Below, one piece after another: positions 54,566 through 64,000 of a stretch of DNA of 64,000 nucleotides. The notes under the pieces were generated by a model. The model did not search any database, was not told where the DNA came from, and worked only from the letters and a program-made list of their open reading frames with translations. Each line of letters begins with the position of its first letter. Position 1 is the stretch's first letter. This DNA is from Nannocystis bainbridge (GTDB taxonomy: Bacteria; Myxococcota_A; Polyangia; Nannocystales; Nannocystaceae), in the NCBI RefSeq assembly GCF_028368995.1, contig NZ_JAQNDL010000003.1:2656001-2720000 (forward strand), given 5' to 3'. The position numbers were made by a program, and so were the translations under genes.

Positions 54566-57351
54566 TGGCGTCGCTGGACTCCTATCACCGCAAGCGCGAC
54601 TTCACCCGCACCTCGGAGCCGCGCGGCGAGACCCCGAAGCGCCGCTCGCAGGGTGAGTTCATCATCCACAAGCACGCGGCGACCCGGCTCCACTACGACC
54701 TGCGGCTCGAGATCGACGGCGTGCTCAAGAGCTGGGCGGTGCCGAAGGGCCCGAGCCTCGACCCGCACGACAAGCGGCTCGCCGTCCACGTCGAGGACCA
54801 CCCGCTCGAGTACGGCGGCTTCGAGGGCACCATCCCGCAGGGCGAGTACGGCGGCGGCTCGGTGGTGCTGTGGGACCGCGGGCGCTGGTACCCCGAGGGC
54901 GATGCGCGCGCCGACTACCGCGCCGGCAAGCTCAAGTTCCGCTTCGACGGCCACAAGCTCCACGGCGCCTACACGCTGGTGCGCATGCACGGCCGTCGGG
55001 GCGACGATCACGACAACTGGCTGCTGATCAAGGAAGCCGACGAGGAGGCCAGCGACGACGGCGAAGCCCTGGTGCGCGACCAACCCGAGAGCGTGATCAG
55101 CGGCCGTACCGTCGAAGAGGTCGCCGCCGGCGTGCCCGCGAAGAAGCAGGCCAGGAACAAGAAAAAGGCGACGAAGAAGGCTCCTGCCAAGAAGACCCCC
55201 AAGAAATCGACCCCCAAGAAGGCGACCGCCAAGAAGGCGGCCAAAGTCGCGGCAAAGAAAGCCCCCGCCAAGAAATCCGCGGCCAAGAAGTCGACCGCCA
55301 AGAAGGCGGCCAAAGTCGCGGCAAAGAAAATCCCCGCCAAGAAGACAGCCAAGAAATCCACGACCAAGAAGACCGCCGCCAAGAAATCCGCCAAGAAGAC
55401 CCCCGCGATCAAGGCCACCAGCCGGCCGCGCGCCACCCGGAAGAAGACCAGCAAGAAGACCGCCGCCAAGGCCGAATCTGCCCCAGCGCGCGCGCTCCCG
55501 GCCCGCATCGCCCCCGAGCTGGCCACCCTGGTAGAAAAAGTCCCGCCCGGCGACGAGTGGGTCCACGAGATCAAGTTCGACGGCTATCGCCTGCTCGTCC
55601 GCCTCGACGGTGACGACATTCGCCTCATCACCCGCGGCGAGCAGGACTGGACCGAGCGGCTCGCCCCGCTCGCCAAATCACTACAGCGGCGCTTCGGCGA
55701 CCGGCGCCTGCTCGTCGACGGCGAGCTCGTGCACGTCGACGACGACGGCCTCACTCGCTTCGGCCCGCTGCAGGCCGCCCTCGCCGAGGAGCGCACCGGG
55801 GAGCTCGTGTTTTATGCCTTCGACCTGCTCCACCTCGACGGTCACGACCTGCGCGGCCTCCCGCTGGTCGAGCGCAAAGAGCTGCTCGCCGCCCTGCTCC
55901 CGCCCGAGGACGCCCCCGGGCGCGTGCGCCTGTCGGAGCACGTCGTCGGCGGCGGCGAGGAGCTGCTCGCACGCGCCTGCTCGCTCGGCCTCGAGGGCAT
56001 CCTCGCCAAGCGCGCCGACGCCCCCTATCGCAGCGGCCGCACCCGCGACTGGCTGAAGATCAAGTGCGGCCGCCGCCAGGAGGTCGTCGTCGGCGGCTAC
56101 GCGACCGCGCGCAGCGGCCCGCGGGCCCTCGGTGCCCTGCTGATCGGCGTATTCGACGACGACGGCAAATTGCAGTACGCCGGCAAGGTCGGCACCGGCT
56201 TCGATTTCGCCGAGGCCGCCCGGCTCAAAAAATTGCTCGCCGCCCGCGAGGCCCCGCGCTCCCCCTTCGCCGGCCGCCTCCCGCCCGGCCTCGGCGACGT
56301 CCATTTCGTCCGCCCCGACGTCGTCATCGAGGTCCGCTTCGGCGAGTGGACCCGCGACGATCGCATGCGTCACGCCGTCTACGAGGGCGTGCGCGAGGAC
56401 AAGCGGCCCAAGCAGGTCCAGCGCGAGACCCCGGCCGCCGCCCCGACCAGCGCCACGACCGAGGTCCTCGGCGTCGCCTTGAGCAACCCCGGCCGCGTGC
56501 TGTGGCCGGACGATGGCATCACCAAGCGCGACCTCGCCGAGTACTACGAGAAGATCGCCGGGTGGATCCTCCCGCAGGTCGCCGAGCGCCCGCTCAGCCT
56601 CGTGCGCTGCCCTGACGGCGTCGGCAAGCCGTGCTTCTTCCAGCGCCACATGAAGCACGACCTGCCCGAAGGCATCCACGCGATCGATCTCGACGGCGAC
56701 GGCGAGCCGGCCTACGTCTACGTCCGCGACGCCGCGGGCCTGGTCGGCCTGGCCCAGATCGGCGTGCTCGAGCTGCACGCCTGGGGCGCCACCGTCGCCG
56801 ATCCCGACGGCCCCGACCGCCTGGTCCTCGACCTCGACCCTGCCGAGGATGTCCCCTGGGACATGGTCAAAGGGGCAGCCCGGGCCATGCACGAGCGCCT
56901 CGCCCAGCTCGACCTCGACAGCTTTTTGAAGACCACCGGCGGCAAGGGCTTGCACGTCGTCGTCCCGCTGACCGCCGGTCGCCAGAGCTGGGCCGAGGTC
57001 AAGGCGTTCGCCCGCGGGATCGCCCGCGAGTTCAGCCTCGCCGACCCCGAGCATTTTGTCGACGTCGCCGCCAAGCTCAAGCGGCGCGGCAAGATCTACA
57101 TCGACTACCTCCGCAACGACCGCAAGGCCACCAGCGTCGCCGCCTACTCGCCGCGGGCTCGCCCCGGCGCGCCCGTGTCGGTCCCGCTGCGCTGGTCCGA
57201 GCTCGCGGGCCTCGAAGCCCCGCAGACCTACGACCTCACAAGCACCGTCGCTCGCCTCGCCAAGCTGCGCAGCGACCCCTGGCGCGAGCTGGCGCGCGTC
57301 CGCCAGGTCCTGACGCCCGCCCGTCTGCGCGCCGTCGGCGTCAAGAAATAA
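54565..57351 (+). CDS. ligD: DNA ligase D (phosphoesterase-ligase-polymerase) with a Lys/Ala-rich insert
   Basis: Phosphoesterase HAATRLHYDLRLE, ligase EIKFDGYR / EGILAK / WLKIK, polymerase DLDP / KTTGGKGLH / IDYLRN; TGATG coupling to ku. Confidence 0.96.
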   Translation: MASLDSYHRKRDFTRTSEPRGETPKRRSQGEFIIHKHAATRLHYDLRLEIDGVLKSWAVPKGPSLDPHDKRLAVHVEDHPLEYGGFEGTIPQGEYGGGSVVLWDRGRWYPEGDARADYRAGKLKFRFDGHKLHGAYTLVRMHGRRGDDHDNWLLIKEADEEASDDGEALVRDQPESVISGRTVEEVAAGVPAKKQARNKKKATKKAPAKKTPKKSTPKKATAKKAAKVAAKKAPAKKSAAKKSTAKKAAKVAAKKIPAKKTAKKSTTKKTAAKKSAKKTPAIKATSRPRATRKKTSKKTAAKAESAPARALPARIAPELATLVEKVPPGDEWVHEIKFDGYRLLVRLDGDDIRLITRGEQDWTERLAPLAKSLQRRFGDRRLLVDGELVHVDDDGLTRFGPLQAALAEERTGELVFYAFDLLHLDGHDLRGLPLVERKELLAALLPPEDAPGRVRLSEHVVGGGEELLARACSLGLEGILAKRADAPYRSGRTRDWLKIKCGRRQEVVVGGYATARSGPRALGALLIGVFDDDGKLQYAGKVGTGFDFAEAARLKKLLAAREAPRSPFAGRLPPGLGDVHFVRPDVVIEVRFGEWTRDDRMRHAVYEGVREDKRPKQVQRETPAAAPTSATTEVLGVALSNPGRVLWPDDGITKRDLAEYYEKIAGWILPQVAERPLSLVRCPDGVGKPCFFQRHMKHDLPEGIHAIDLDGDGEPAYVYVRDAAGLVGLAQIGVLELHAWGATVADPDGPDRLVLDLDPAEDVPWDMVKGAARAMHERLAQLDLDSFLKTTGGKGLHVVVPLTAGRQSWAEVKAFARGIAREFSLADPEHFVDVAAKLKRRGKIYIDYLRNDRKATSVAAYSPRARPGAPVSVPLRWSELAGLEAPQTYDLTSTVARLAKLRSDPWRELARVRQVLTPARLRAVGVKK

Positions 57352-57395
57352 CATGCCTCTTCGGGCATGTCCAAAAGGTCATTGTCAACACCCGC

Positions 57396-57686
57396 TCAGC
57401 GCAACATGCGATCGAGCTCGTCCTGGACCTTGCCCTCGACCGCGCCCCTGAACCCGCGCAGCAGCAGCGGCAGATCGATCTCCACCCGCACGCTGGTGTC
57501 GTCGACGCTGACCGTCCCCGACGTCCCGCGGGCCGCCCCGCGCGGCGTGTCGAAGCGTAATTGGTCGCCCTTCCAGTGCCAGCGGATCCCCAGCTTCGCC
57601 TCCATGCTGAGCGCCAGCGACTCGGTCTTCTGCCGCGCCATCGCCTTGCCCAGCGCGTTCGGGCGCCGAATGCTGATGTTGGCCAT
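57396..57686 (-). CDS. Putative polyhydroxyalkanoic acid system (PHA granule region) protein
   Basis: MANISIRR...LG...AR...W.GD.L.F...G..G...V..L.L pattern; 96 aa. Confidence 0.75.
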   Translation of the reverse strand: MANISIRRPNALGKAMARQKTESLALSMEAKLGIRWHWKGDQLRFDTPRGAARGTSGTVSVDDTSVRVEIDLPLLLRGFRGAVEGKVQDELDRMLR

Positions 57687-57912
57687 GATCGGCAGCATGA
57701 CTCGAGACTTCCCCTCGACCACCGGTGGTCCGGGTCGCACTCCGACGCGTCTCACACCGCGTGCGGGCCCGGCTCGACGGGCGTCCGCGGCCCCTCTACG
57801 CGCCCTCCGCGCTCGCAGCACGAACGCCCGCATGCGCCCGTGACCGCCCGCGCGCGCATGCGCCTGCGCCCGCGCCCCGCGGCCTCGCCGGCGTGGTAGA
57901 AGGCCCGCCGTC

Positions 57913-59181
57913 ATGCGCCTCGCTGTCCCGAAGTTCCAGTTCCGCTTCGTGCCCTCGCTCGGCCACGTCATCCACCCGGGCAACTTCCACCCGGTCGGCG
58001 TCCAGCGCTCGGCCGACGCGCTGGTCGACCGCGCCGCCGCCAGCGACCTCGCGCGGCCCGCTGGCGAGTCCGGCGCCTGGCTGGTGGTCGGCGGCTCCGG
58101 CGGCTTCGGCAGCGCCGCGCGCGTGGTCCTCGGGACCTGCCTCGGCGCCCACACCCTGAACGTCTCTTACGATCCCGCGCCGCAGCCCGAGAGCTCCAAC
58201 AAGCTGCGCAAGATCGGCTCGCCCGGGTTCCACCGCACCCTGGCGATCGAGCGGCGCCTGCGGGCCCGCGGCACCGTCGCCCGCACGGTCCTCGGCGACG
58301 CCTTCGACCCGGCGGTGCTGGCGGCCGCGATCGCGGAGATCCGCGAGAACTTCGGCGGCAAGCTGCACGGCCTCGTGTGGGCGCTGGCGGCCCCGCGCGC
58401 GACCGACCCGCGCACCGGCAAGCCGGTCCAGAGCGCCCTCAGGCCGCTCGGCAAGCCCGCCACCGTGCGCACCTTCAGCGGCCGCGGCGAGACCCCGGCC
58501 GACCTGCCCAAGCTCGTCGAGCTCGAGCTGCCGCCCGGCACACCCGAGGAGGCGGTCGCCACCCAGTTCGTCATGGGCGGGCGGATCGTCGAGCAGTGGA
58601 TCGACGCGCTCTTGCAGCAAGACCTGCTGGCGCCCGGCTTCACCCTGGCGACCATCTCGTACCGCGGCAACCCGCTCAACGCCGCCGTCTATCGCAACGG
58701 CCTGATCGGCCTCGCCAAGGCCGACCTCGAGTTCTACACCCGGGCGATCGACGCGGTCCTGCGCGCGCGCGTCGGCGGCCGTGCCGTCGCCGTCGAGGGC
58801 CCCGCCGTCGTCACCGAGGCCTCGGGCGGGATCCCCGGCGTCCCGTACTACATGGCCCTCGTGCGCGACGTCCTCGGCGACCGCTTCGAGGACCCGCTCG
58901 CCTCCATGCTCCGCCTGTTCCGCGACAAGCTCCCGCCCGGCGGCGAGCCCGTGGTCGACGCCGAGGGCCTGGTCCGCCTCGACGACGTCGAGCTCGACGA
59001 CGCCGTGCAGGCCGAGCTCTCGCGCCGCTTCTTCGCCGGCCAGCCCGGCGACGCCTTCGACCCCGAGCTCTACCAGCGCTTCATGGACGAGTACGCCCGC
59101 ACCCGCGGCTTCAACGTCGAAGGCGTCGACTACGCCGCCGAGTTCGACACCGACGAAGTCTGCCGCGCCGAGATCGCGTAA
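57913..59181 (+). CDS. FabV/Ter-like enoyl reductase (divergent)
   Basis: HPVG, GGSGGFG, GDAF, ALAAPR, VMGG, catalytic Y-x8-K (YRNGLIGLAK), VTEASGGIP and GF.VEGVDY. Confidence 0.8.
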   Translation: MRLAVPKFQFRFVPSLGHVIHPGNFHPVGVQRSADALVDRAAASDLARPAGESGAWLVVGGSGGFGSAARVVLGTCLGAHTLNVSYDPAPQPESSNKLRKIGSPGFHRTLAIERRLRARGTVARTVLGDAFDPAVLAAAIAEIRENFGGKLHGLVWALAAPRATDPRTGKPVQSALRPLGKPATVRTFSGRGETPADLPKLVELELPPGTPEEAVATQFVMGGRIVEQWIDALLQQDLLAPGFTLATISYRGNPLNAAVYRNGLIGLAKADLEFYTRAIDAVLRARVGGRAVAVEGPAVVTEASGGIPGVPYYMALVRDVLGDRFEDPLASMLRLFRDKLPPGGEPVVDAEGLVRLDDVELDDAVQAELSRRFFAGQPGDAFDPELYQRFMDEYARTRGFNVEGVDYAAEFDTDEVCRAEIA

Positions 59182-59193
59182 CCTCCGCCTCGC

Positions 59194-60378
59194 GTGCCCG
59201 CCGTCCTCGTCCCCGATCGCCTCACCCGCCACGTCGCCGCCGGCCACCCGTGGCTGTACGCCGACGCCGTCCCCGAGGTCGGTGGCGCCCGCACCGGCGA
59301 CATCGTCCTCCTGGTCGGCCAGGGTCGGCGGCCGATCGGTCACGCGATCTTCGACGCCGACTCGCCGATCGCCCTGCGCGTGCTCGCCACCCGCAAGGAC
59401 GAGCGGCCCGGCCCCGCATTGTGGCGCCGGCGGATCGAGACCGCCTGGCGGCTGCGCCAGACCACCCTCGACCTGTCCACCACCGACGCCTTCCGCGTGC
59501 TCCACGGCGAGGGCGATCGCCTGCCCGGCGTCGTCGTCGATCTGTACGCCGGCTGCGCCGTGCTCAAGCTCGACACCGCCGCCTGGCTGCCGCACCTCGA
59601 CGACCTCACCGCAGCGATCGTCGAGGTCGTCAATCCGCGCTCGCTGTGGTTCAAGGGTCTGAGCGGCCAGCGCGGCGGCGACGAAGTGCCGGCCTCGCAG
59701 CGCCCGCGCGTGCTCGCCGGCGAGGAGCCGCCGCCGCAGGTCGAGATCCGCGAGCACGGCATGCGCATGCGCGTCGACGTGCGGCGCGGCCAGAAGACCG
59801 GCATGTTCCTCGACCAGCGCGAGAACCGGCGCCTCATCCGCCAGGTCGCGCGCGGGCGCGAGACCCTCAACCTGTTCTCGTACACCGGCGGCTTCTCGCT
59901 GGCCGCCGCGCTCGGCGGGGCTCCGCGCGTCACCAGCGTCGACCTCGCGCGCAACGCCGTCGACGCCGCGCGTGACAACTTCGCCCTCAACGACCTCGAC
60001 CCCGCCGCGCACGCCTTCGTCGCCGCCGACGCCTTCGCCTTCCTCGAGCAGACCGCCGGCGCCGCCTACGACCTCGTCATCGTCGACCCGCCCTCGTTCG
60101 CGCCCAATCACAAGGCCGTGCGCGCCGCCGAGGCCGCCTACGCCCGCCTCAACGCCAGCGCCCTGCGCCAGGTCCGCCCCGGCGGCCTGCTCGCCGCCGC
60201 CAGCTGTTCGAGCCATGTCCCGATGGACATGTTCTTGAGGATCCTCAGCGAGGCCGCGCGGCAAGCGAGGCGCCCGCTGCGACTGCTCGAGGTGCGCCAC
60301 GAGCCGCCCGACCACCCGTCACCGCTGCACTTCCCCGAGGGTCGTTACCTCAAGTTCGTGCTCGCGGTGGCCGAGTAG
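59194..60378 (+). CDS. RlmI-type SAM-dependent rRNA methyltransferase
   Basis: GHPWLY, GEGDRLPG..VD.Y, GQKTGMFLDQRENR, LNLFSYTGGFS, DPPSFA, SCS and YLK. Confidence 0.9.
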   Translation: MPAVLVPDRLTRHVAAGHPWLYADAVPEVGGARTGDIVLLVGQGRRPIGHAIFDADSPIALRVLATRKDERPGPALWRRRIETAWRLRQTTLDLSTTDAFRVLHGEGDRLPGVVVDLYAGCAVLKLDTAAWLPHLDDLTAAIVEVVNPRSLWFKGLSGQRGGDEVPASQRPRVLAGEEPPPQVEIREHGMRMRVDVRRGQKTGMFLDQRENRRLIRQVARGRETLNLFSYTGGFSLAAALGGAPRVTSVDLARNAVDAARDNFALNDLDPAAHAFVAADAFAFLEQTAGAAYDLVIVDPPSFAPNHKAVRAAEAAYARLNASALRQVRPGGLLAAASCSSHVPMDMFLRILSEAARQARRPLRLLEVRHEPPDHPSPLHFPEGRYLKFVLAVAE

Positions 60379-60385
60379 TTCGCGC

Positions 60386-60718
60386 TCACTTCACCGCCAG
60401 CAGCTCGACCTCGAACAGCAGCGCCGCGTGCGGCGGGATCGCGTCGGAGAACCCGCGACGCCCGTACCCCAGGTGATGCGGGATCGTCAGCCGCCGCTTG
60501 CCGCCGACCTTCATGCCGACCACGCCCTGGTCCCAGCCCTTGATGACGTCGCCGGCCCCGAGCTGAAAGTCGAACGGTCGCCCGCGATCGAGCGAGCTGT
60601 CGAACTTGGCCCCGCCTTCGACGAGCCAGCCGGTGTAGTGCACGCGGACCTGCTTGCCCGCCTCGGCGGTCGCCCCGGTGCCCTCGACGATGTCTTCGAT
60701 CTGCAGCTCTTCGGCCAT
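60386..60718 (-). CDS. FKBP-type peptidyl-prolyl isomerase
   Basis: [19 protein letters not shown] and IPP...L.FEVELL motifs. Confidence 0.95.
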   Translation of the reverse strand: MAEELQIEDIVEGTGATAEAGKQVRVHYTGWLVEGGAKFDSSLDRGRPFDFQLGAGDVIKGWDQGVVGMKVGGKRRLTIPHHLGYGRRGFSDAIPPHAALLFEVELLAVK

Positions 60719-61070
60719 GACCGAGCCTAGCGCACCTGCGCCGGCCTGTCGCCCGCGAGACCCGCGTTCGCACGCGACTTCGCGCCGCGCTCGGGCCACG
60801 CGCGCAGCGACTCGACATGCCGCGAACCATCAGCACGACCTCGGACCGAGTCACCGGTGTTACGAACTCTGTGCCGCCGTCAACGCCCGCCGCCAGTCCT
60901 TCGCCGAAGTCACGATCCGCGTCGCCGTGATCCTTCCCTGTCGCCCCTGCGCCGCGTCAGACTTCACGCACGCGTCAGCGCGGCCTGGAGGCACCCGTGA
61001 GCCCGCGTCGGATCGTCGCAGCCTTGCGAGCGGTGGTCGCGCTGTCCCGGACGCGCTAGCTTCACGCCCG

Positions 61071-61376
61071 ATGCTCAACACCGAGATTGGTCGGTTCCGC
61101 CTCGTCAGCCTCCTCGAAGGCGTCTCGTTCCTCGTGCTGCTCGGCATCGCCATGCCGCTCAAGTACGCCGCCGGCATCCCCGAGGCCGTGCGCTACGTCG
61201 GCTGGGCCCACGGTCTGCTGTTCGTGCTCTTCATCCTCGCCCTGCTCTCGGCCTCGACCGCCGCCCGCTGGCCGCTGTCGAAGATCGCCGGCGCCTTCAT
61301 CGCCAGCATCGTCCCCTTCGGCGCCTTCGTGCTCGAGCGGCGCCTCCGCGAAGAAGAGCGGGCCACCGCGCGCTGA
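61071..61376 (+). CDS. DUF3817 membrane protein
   Basis: EGVSFL.LL.IAMPLKY, G..HG.LF and ASIVPFG motifs. Confidence 0.88.
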   Translation: MLNTEIGRFRLVSLLEGVSFLVLLGIAMPLKYAAGIPEAVRYVGWAHGLLFVLFILALLSASTAARWPLSKIAGAFIASIVPFGAFVLERRLREEERATAR

Positions 61377-61535
61377 ACCCTCACCGCGGCCCGTGGCCCG
61401 CGAGCGGTGCATTGATTCGCAGTTCGGCGAACCCTCTACTCGCGCCGCGCGGCCCAGCGCGCCGCCGACGCTCCAGGCCCGCGCGAGCGCCGGGTCGACC
61501 GCAGCCCCGTCGTCGGCGGTGAAGCCCGCTCGCGC

Positions 61536-62294
61536 TCACGAAGGCGCGGCCACGTCGTTCGGCAGCTCGATCATCCGGAAGTGCGGCCCGTCGGGGTTGA
61601 GCCGGCGCAGCAGCGGCAGCGCCACGTTGTACACCGGCACCCCGTTGCTCATCTGTCCTTCGGGACATCCCTTGTGCGCGTGGCCGTGGACCACCGCCGA
61701 CACCGGGTAGCGCATCAACGGCTCTTCGAGCCGGCTCGAGCCGAGGAACGGGAAGATCTCGAGCGGCTCGCCCTCGACCGTCCCCCGGATCGGCGAGTAG
61801 TGCAGCAGCGCCAGGCGCTGCGGCGTACGCAGGCGGGCCAGCGCCGACTCGAGCTTGAGCGCCTCGTCGAGCGTCTCGCGCACGAACGCCTTGGTCCCCG
61901 ACTCGCCCCACGGGCCCAGCGAGTAGCGGCCGAACCCGCCGCAGAAGCCCTTGATCCCGGCGATCCCGACCCCGCGGACCTCGATCGACTCGCCGTCGAG
62001 CACCGTCACGCCGGCCGCGGTGAGGATCTCCTTCACCTCGTTCTCGTGGCCTGACTCGTAGTCGTGGTTGCCCAGCACCGCCACGATCGGCGCGCGCAGC
62101 CCGTGCAGCTCGCGCGCCAGCACATGCGCCTCCTCGGGCAGGCCGTAGTCCGTCAGGTCGCCGCACATCACCAGGACGTCGGCGTTCTGGGCCGCTTGTT
62201 GCAGCAGCGGCGCCAGCGCCCCGTGCGAGTGCTTGGTGCAGTGCAGGTCGCTGACCGCCGCGATGCGGGTGTTCGTGCTCGTCGCGCCATCCAT
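61536..62294 (-). CDS. Calcineurin-like metallophosphoesterase
   Basis: DLH, GDLTD, GNHD and HGHAH motifs. Confidence 0.9.
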   Translation of the reverse strand: MDGATSTNTRIAAVSDLHCTKHSHGALAPLLQQAAQNADVLVMCGDLTDYGLPEEAHVLARELHGLRAPIVAVLGNHDYESGHENEVKEILTAAGVTVLDGESIEVRGVGIAGIKGFCGGFGRYSLGPWGESGTKAFVRETLDEALKLESALARLRTPQRLALLHYSPIRGTVEGEPLEIFPFLGSSRLEEPLMRYPVSAVVHGHAHKGCPEGQMSNGVPVYNVALPLLRRLNPDGPHFRMIELPNDVAAPS

Positions 62295-62297
62295 CCG

Positions 62298-63080
62298 TCA
62301 CCTCCCGTGCTTGTCGATCGCGGCCGTCCAGTGGGCGATGTCTTCGCGCGACATCCAGTGCTCCTCGAGCCGGGCGTCGGCGAGGTCCCACAGGTCGATG
62401 TCGGTCAGGTATTGCTGTCTCGACAGCAACGTCCCTTTGCACACGCTCGTCTGGTCATATCCGTCGCGGCGCAGGCGGTCGAGCATGTCGCGCATCACCC
62501 GGTCGGGGATCTTGCTCTGCTCCCCGGGGTAGATGAAGCCGAACAGGATCAGGTGCGACAGCAGCACGCGGAAGTGTTCGCCGAAGCGCTCGACCAGGCG
62601 GTCCCAGTCGAGCTGGTCGGCGCAGGAGCGCAGCACGTGGGCGACGTCGGCCCCGTCGAAGCGCTCGCGCTCCATGATGAACGCCTTGCTCCACACCATC
62701 TCTTCGGGCGGCACCAGCAGCACGCTCTGGCCGAGCACCATGTCGCGGGGGGCGTGCGCGAACCATTGCTCGTCGACGCGGGCCACCGCGTTGCCGGAGC
62801 TGAAGATCACGTCGACGAAGTCCTCGCCGCAGTGGCACTTGCCCAGCCAGTGCGGGTACGCCATGTCGCAGGCGAAGCCCTCGGCGGCCAGCACCTCGAG
62901 CGTGCGCTCGGCGTCCTCCGGCAGCACGAAGATGTCGAGGTCCTTGGTGTGGCGCTCGATGCTGGTGTAGCGGGCGAACGCGTAGGCGCCGCCCACCATG
63001 AACGGCACCTCTGCGTTCGTCAGCGCGATCATCGTGCGGACGTAGAATGCCCGGGCGTGTGGGTCCACGAGGTCGGTCAT
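62298..63080 (-). CDS. Nucleotidyltransferase family protein
   Basis: GGAYA...R.TKDLD motif, WLGK, DVIFSSGN and ERERFDGAD. Confidence 0.85.
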   Translation of the reverse strand: MTDLVDPHARAFYVRTMIALTNAEVPFMVGGAYAFARYTSIERHTKDLDIFVLPEDAERTLEVLAAEGFACDMAYPHWLGKCHCGEDFVDVIFSSGNAVARVDEQWFAHAPRDMVLGQSVLLVPPEEMVWSKAFIMERERFDGADVAHVLRSCADQLDWDRLVERFGEHFRVLLSHLILFGFIYPGEQSKIPDRVMRDMLDRLRRDGYDQTSVCKGTLLSRQQYLTDIDLWDLADARLEEHWMSREDIAHWTAAIDKHGR

Positions 63081-63254
63081 GCGTCGTGCCTTCGGCATGG
63101 GGTTCTGGAACCTGAGCACCGCGGCGCCAAGCGTCGAAGCGGCGTCCGCCGCGACCGCCGAAAAGTGTGCTTCGCGTCAAATTCCGCCGCTGCCGGCCCG
63201 ATCGGCGGCGAACACGCGGCACCCCGGGCGCGGCCGGCGTCGGGGCTACGGGCC

Positions 63255-64000
63255 TCAGAACACCGAGACGGACAGGAGCGCCGCTTCGCGGGGCGAGCGG
63301 GCCTGCTGGCGCAGCCGCCAGACCGCCACCGCCGCGCCGAGCGCCAGCACCCACGGCGGGATCCGCCCCCACCCGCCCGGGCCATCACCTGACCCGAGGG
63401 ACAGGTCGAGCAGGCGCAGGCACAGGAACGACGCCGCGTAGACCATCCCGCCGGCGCTGACCATCGCCGCCAGCGAGCGGGCCCACGCCACCGCGCGCGG
63501 GCTGTTGCTCCACACCTCGCGCTGCAGGTAGCGGACGTAGAGATAGCCCGGCGTCGCGGCCACCCCGAACGCCGCCGCCACCGCGAGCCCGCCGGCCAGC
63601 GACGACGCCGAGAAGATCAGCGCCAGCACATCGGCCAGCCCGCCGATCAGCAGCGCCGCGGCGATCCCCGAGTAGGCCGCGATCTCCGGCCGGGCGCGGC
63701 GCGCCACCGCCGACAGCTCGTCGATGTCGGTGGCCGAGCGGGCCGCCAGCGACTGCGACGCCCGCAGCGCCACCGCGACCTCGGTCGGCGGCGCCTCGAA
63801 GCCTGCCAGCGCCGCGTCGAACTCCTCGAGGTCGGCGTAGCGCTGCGACGGCTCGCGCGCCATCGCCCGCTGCAGCACCATCTCGAACGCCTCCGGCAGC
63901 TCGCGGAAGATCGCCCGCGGCCGCGGCGGCTCGGAGGTCAGCACCGCGTGCAGCGCCGCCGCCGCGTCGTCGATGTCGAACGGCGGCCGCCCGGTCACGC
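63255..64000 (-). CDS. C-terminal part of a membrane Ser/Thr protein kinase, truncated by the window edge
   Basis: TGRPPF and RAMAREPSQRY (kinase subdomains IX-XI), followed by several TM helices. Confidence 0.75.
   Translation of the reverse strand, partial: VTGRPPFDIDDAAAALHAVLTSEPPRPRAIFRELPEAFEMVLQRAMAREPSQRYADLEEFDAALAGFEAPPTEVAVALRASQSLAARSATDIDELSAVARRARPEIAAYSGIAAALLIGGLADVLALIFSASSLAGGLAVAAAFGVAATPGYLYVRYLQREVWSNSPRAVAWARSLAAMVSAGGMVYAASFLCLRLLDLSLGSGDGPGGWGRIPPWVLALGAAVAVWRLRQQARSPREAALLSVSVF

Overview
A very GC-rich bacterial chromosome segment, almost certainly myxobacterial and resembling Nannocystaceae. This is inferred from Cys-rich repeats, a MYXO-CTERM tail, Thr-rich lipoproteins, kinase-TPR paralogs and RsbR-like PAS-STAS proteins. 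It holds about 45 credible CDSs. Housekeeping and repair genes include metF, xth, a uracil-DNA glycosylase, a 5'-3' exonuclease, pyrC, ku-ligD, fabV-like, rlmI-like and an FKBP. No rRNA, tRNA, CRISPR array or transposase was recognised. Main findings: (1) a 14-bp palindrome, TGTC-N6-GACA, with at least 26 exact copies counted by eye; it forms head-to-tail arrays with 14-bp phasing, sits in most convergent intergenic gaps and also occurs inside CDSs; (2) a short gasdermin-like ORF with no neighbouring protease; (3) a stand-alone A-T-R synthetase with an Ile-type specificity code, a candidate dialkylpyrazine synthase; (4) a KamA-like aminomutase/AsnB/aminotransferase/wHTH locus, possibly a beta-glutamate/beta-glutamine pathway; (5) an ADYC protein followed by twin kinase-TPR receptors; (6) a LigD with a histone-H1-like insert; (7) recurrent leaderless promoters. 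All calls come from reading the sequence and motifs by eye; no database searches were run.
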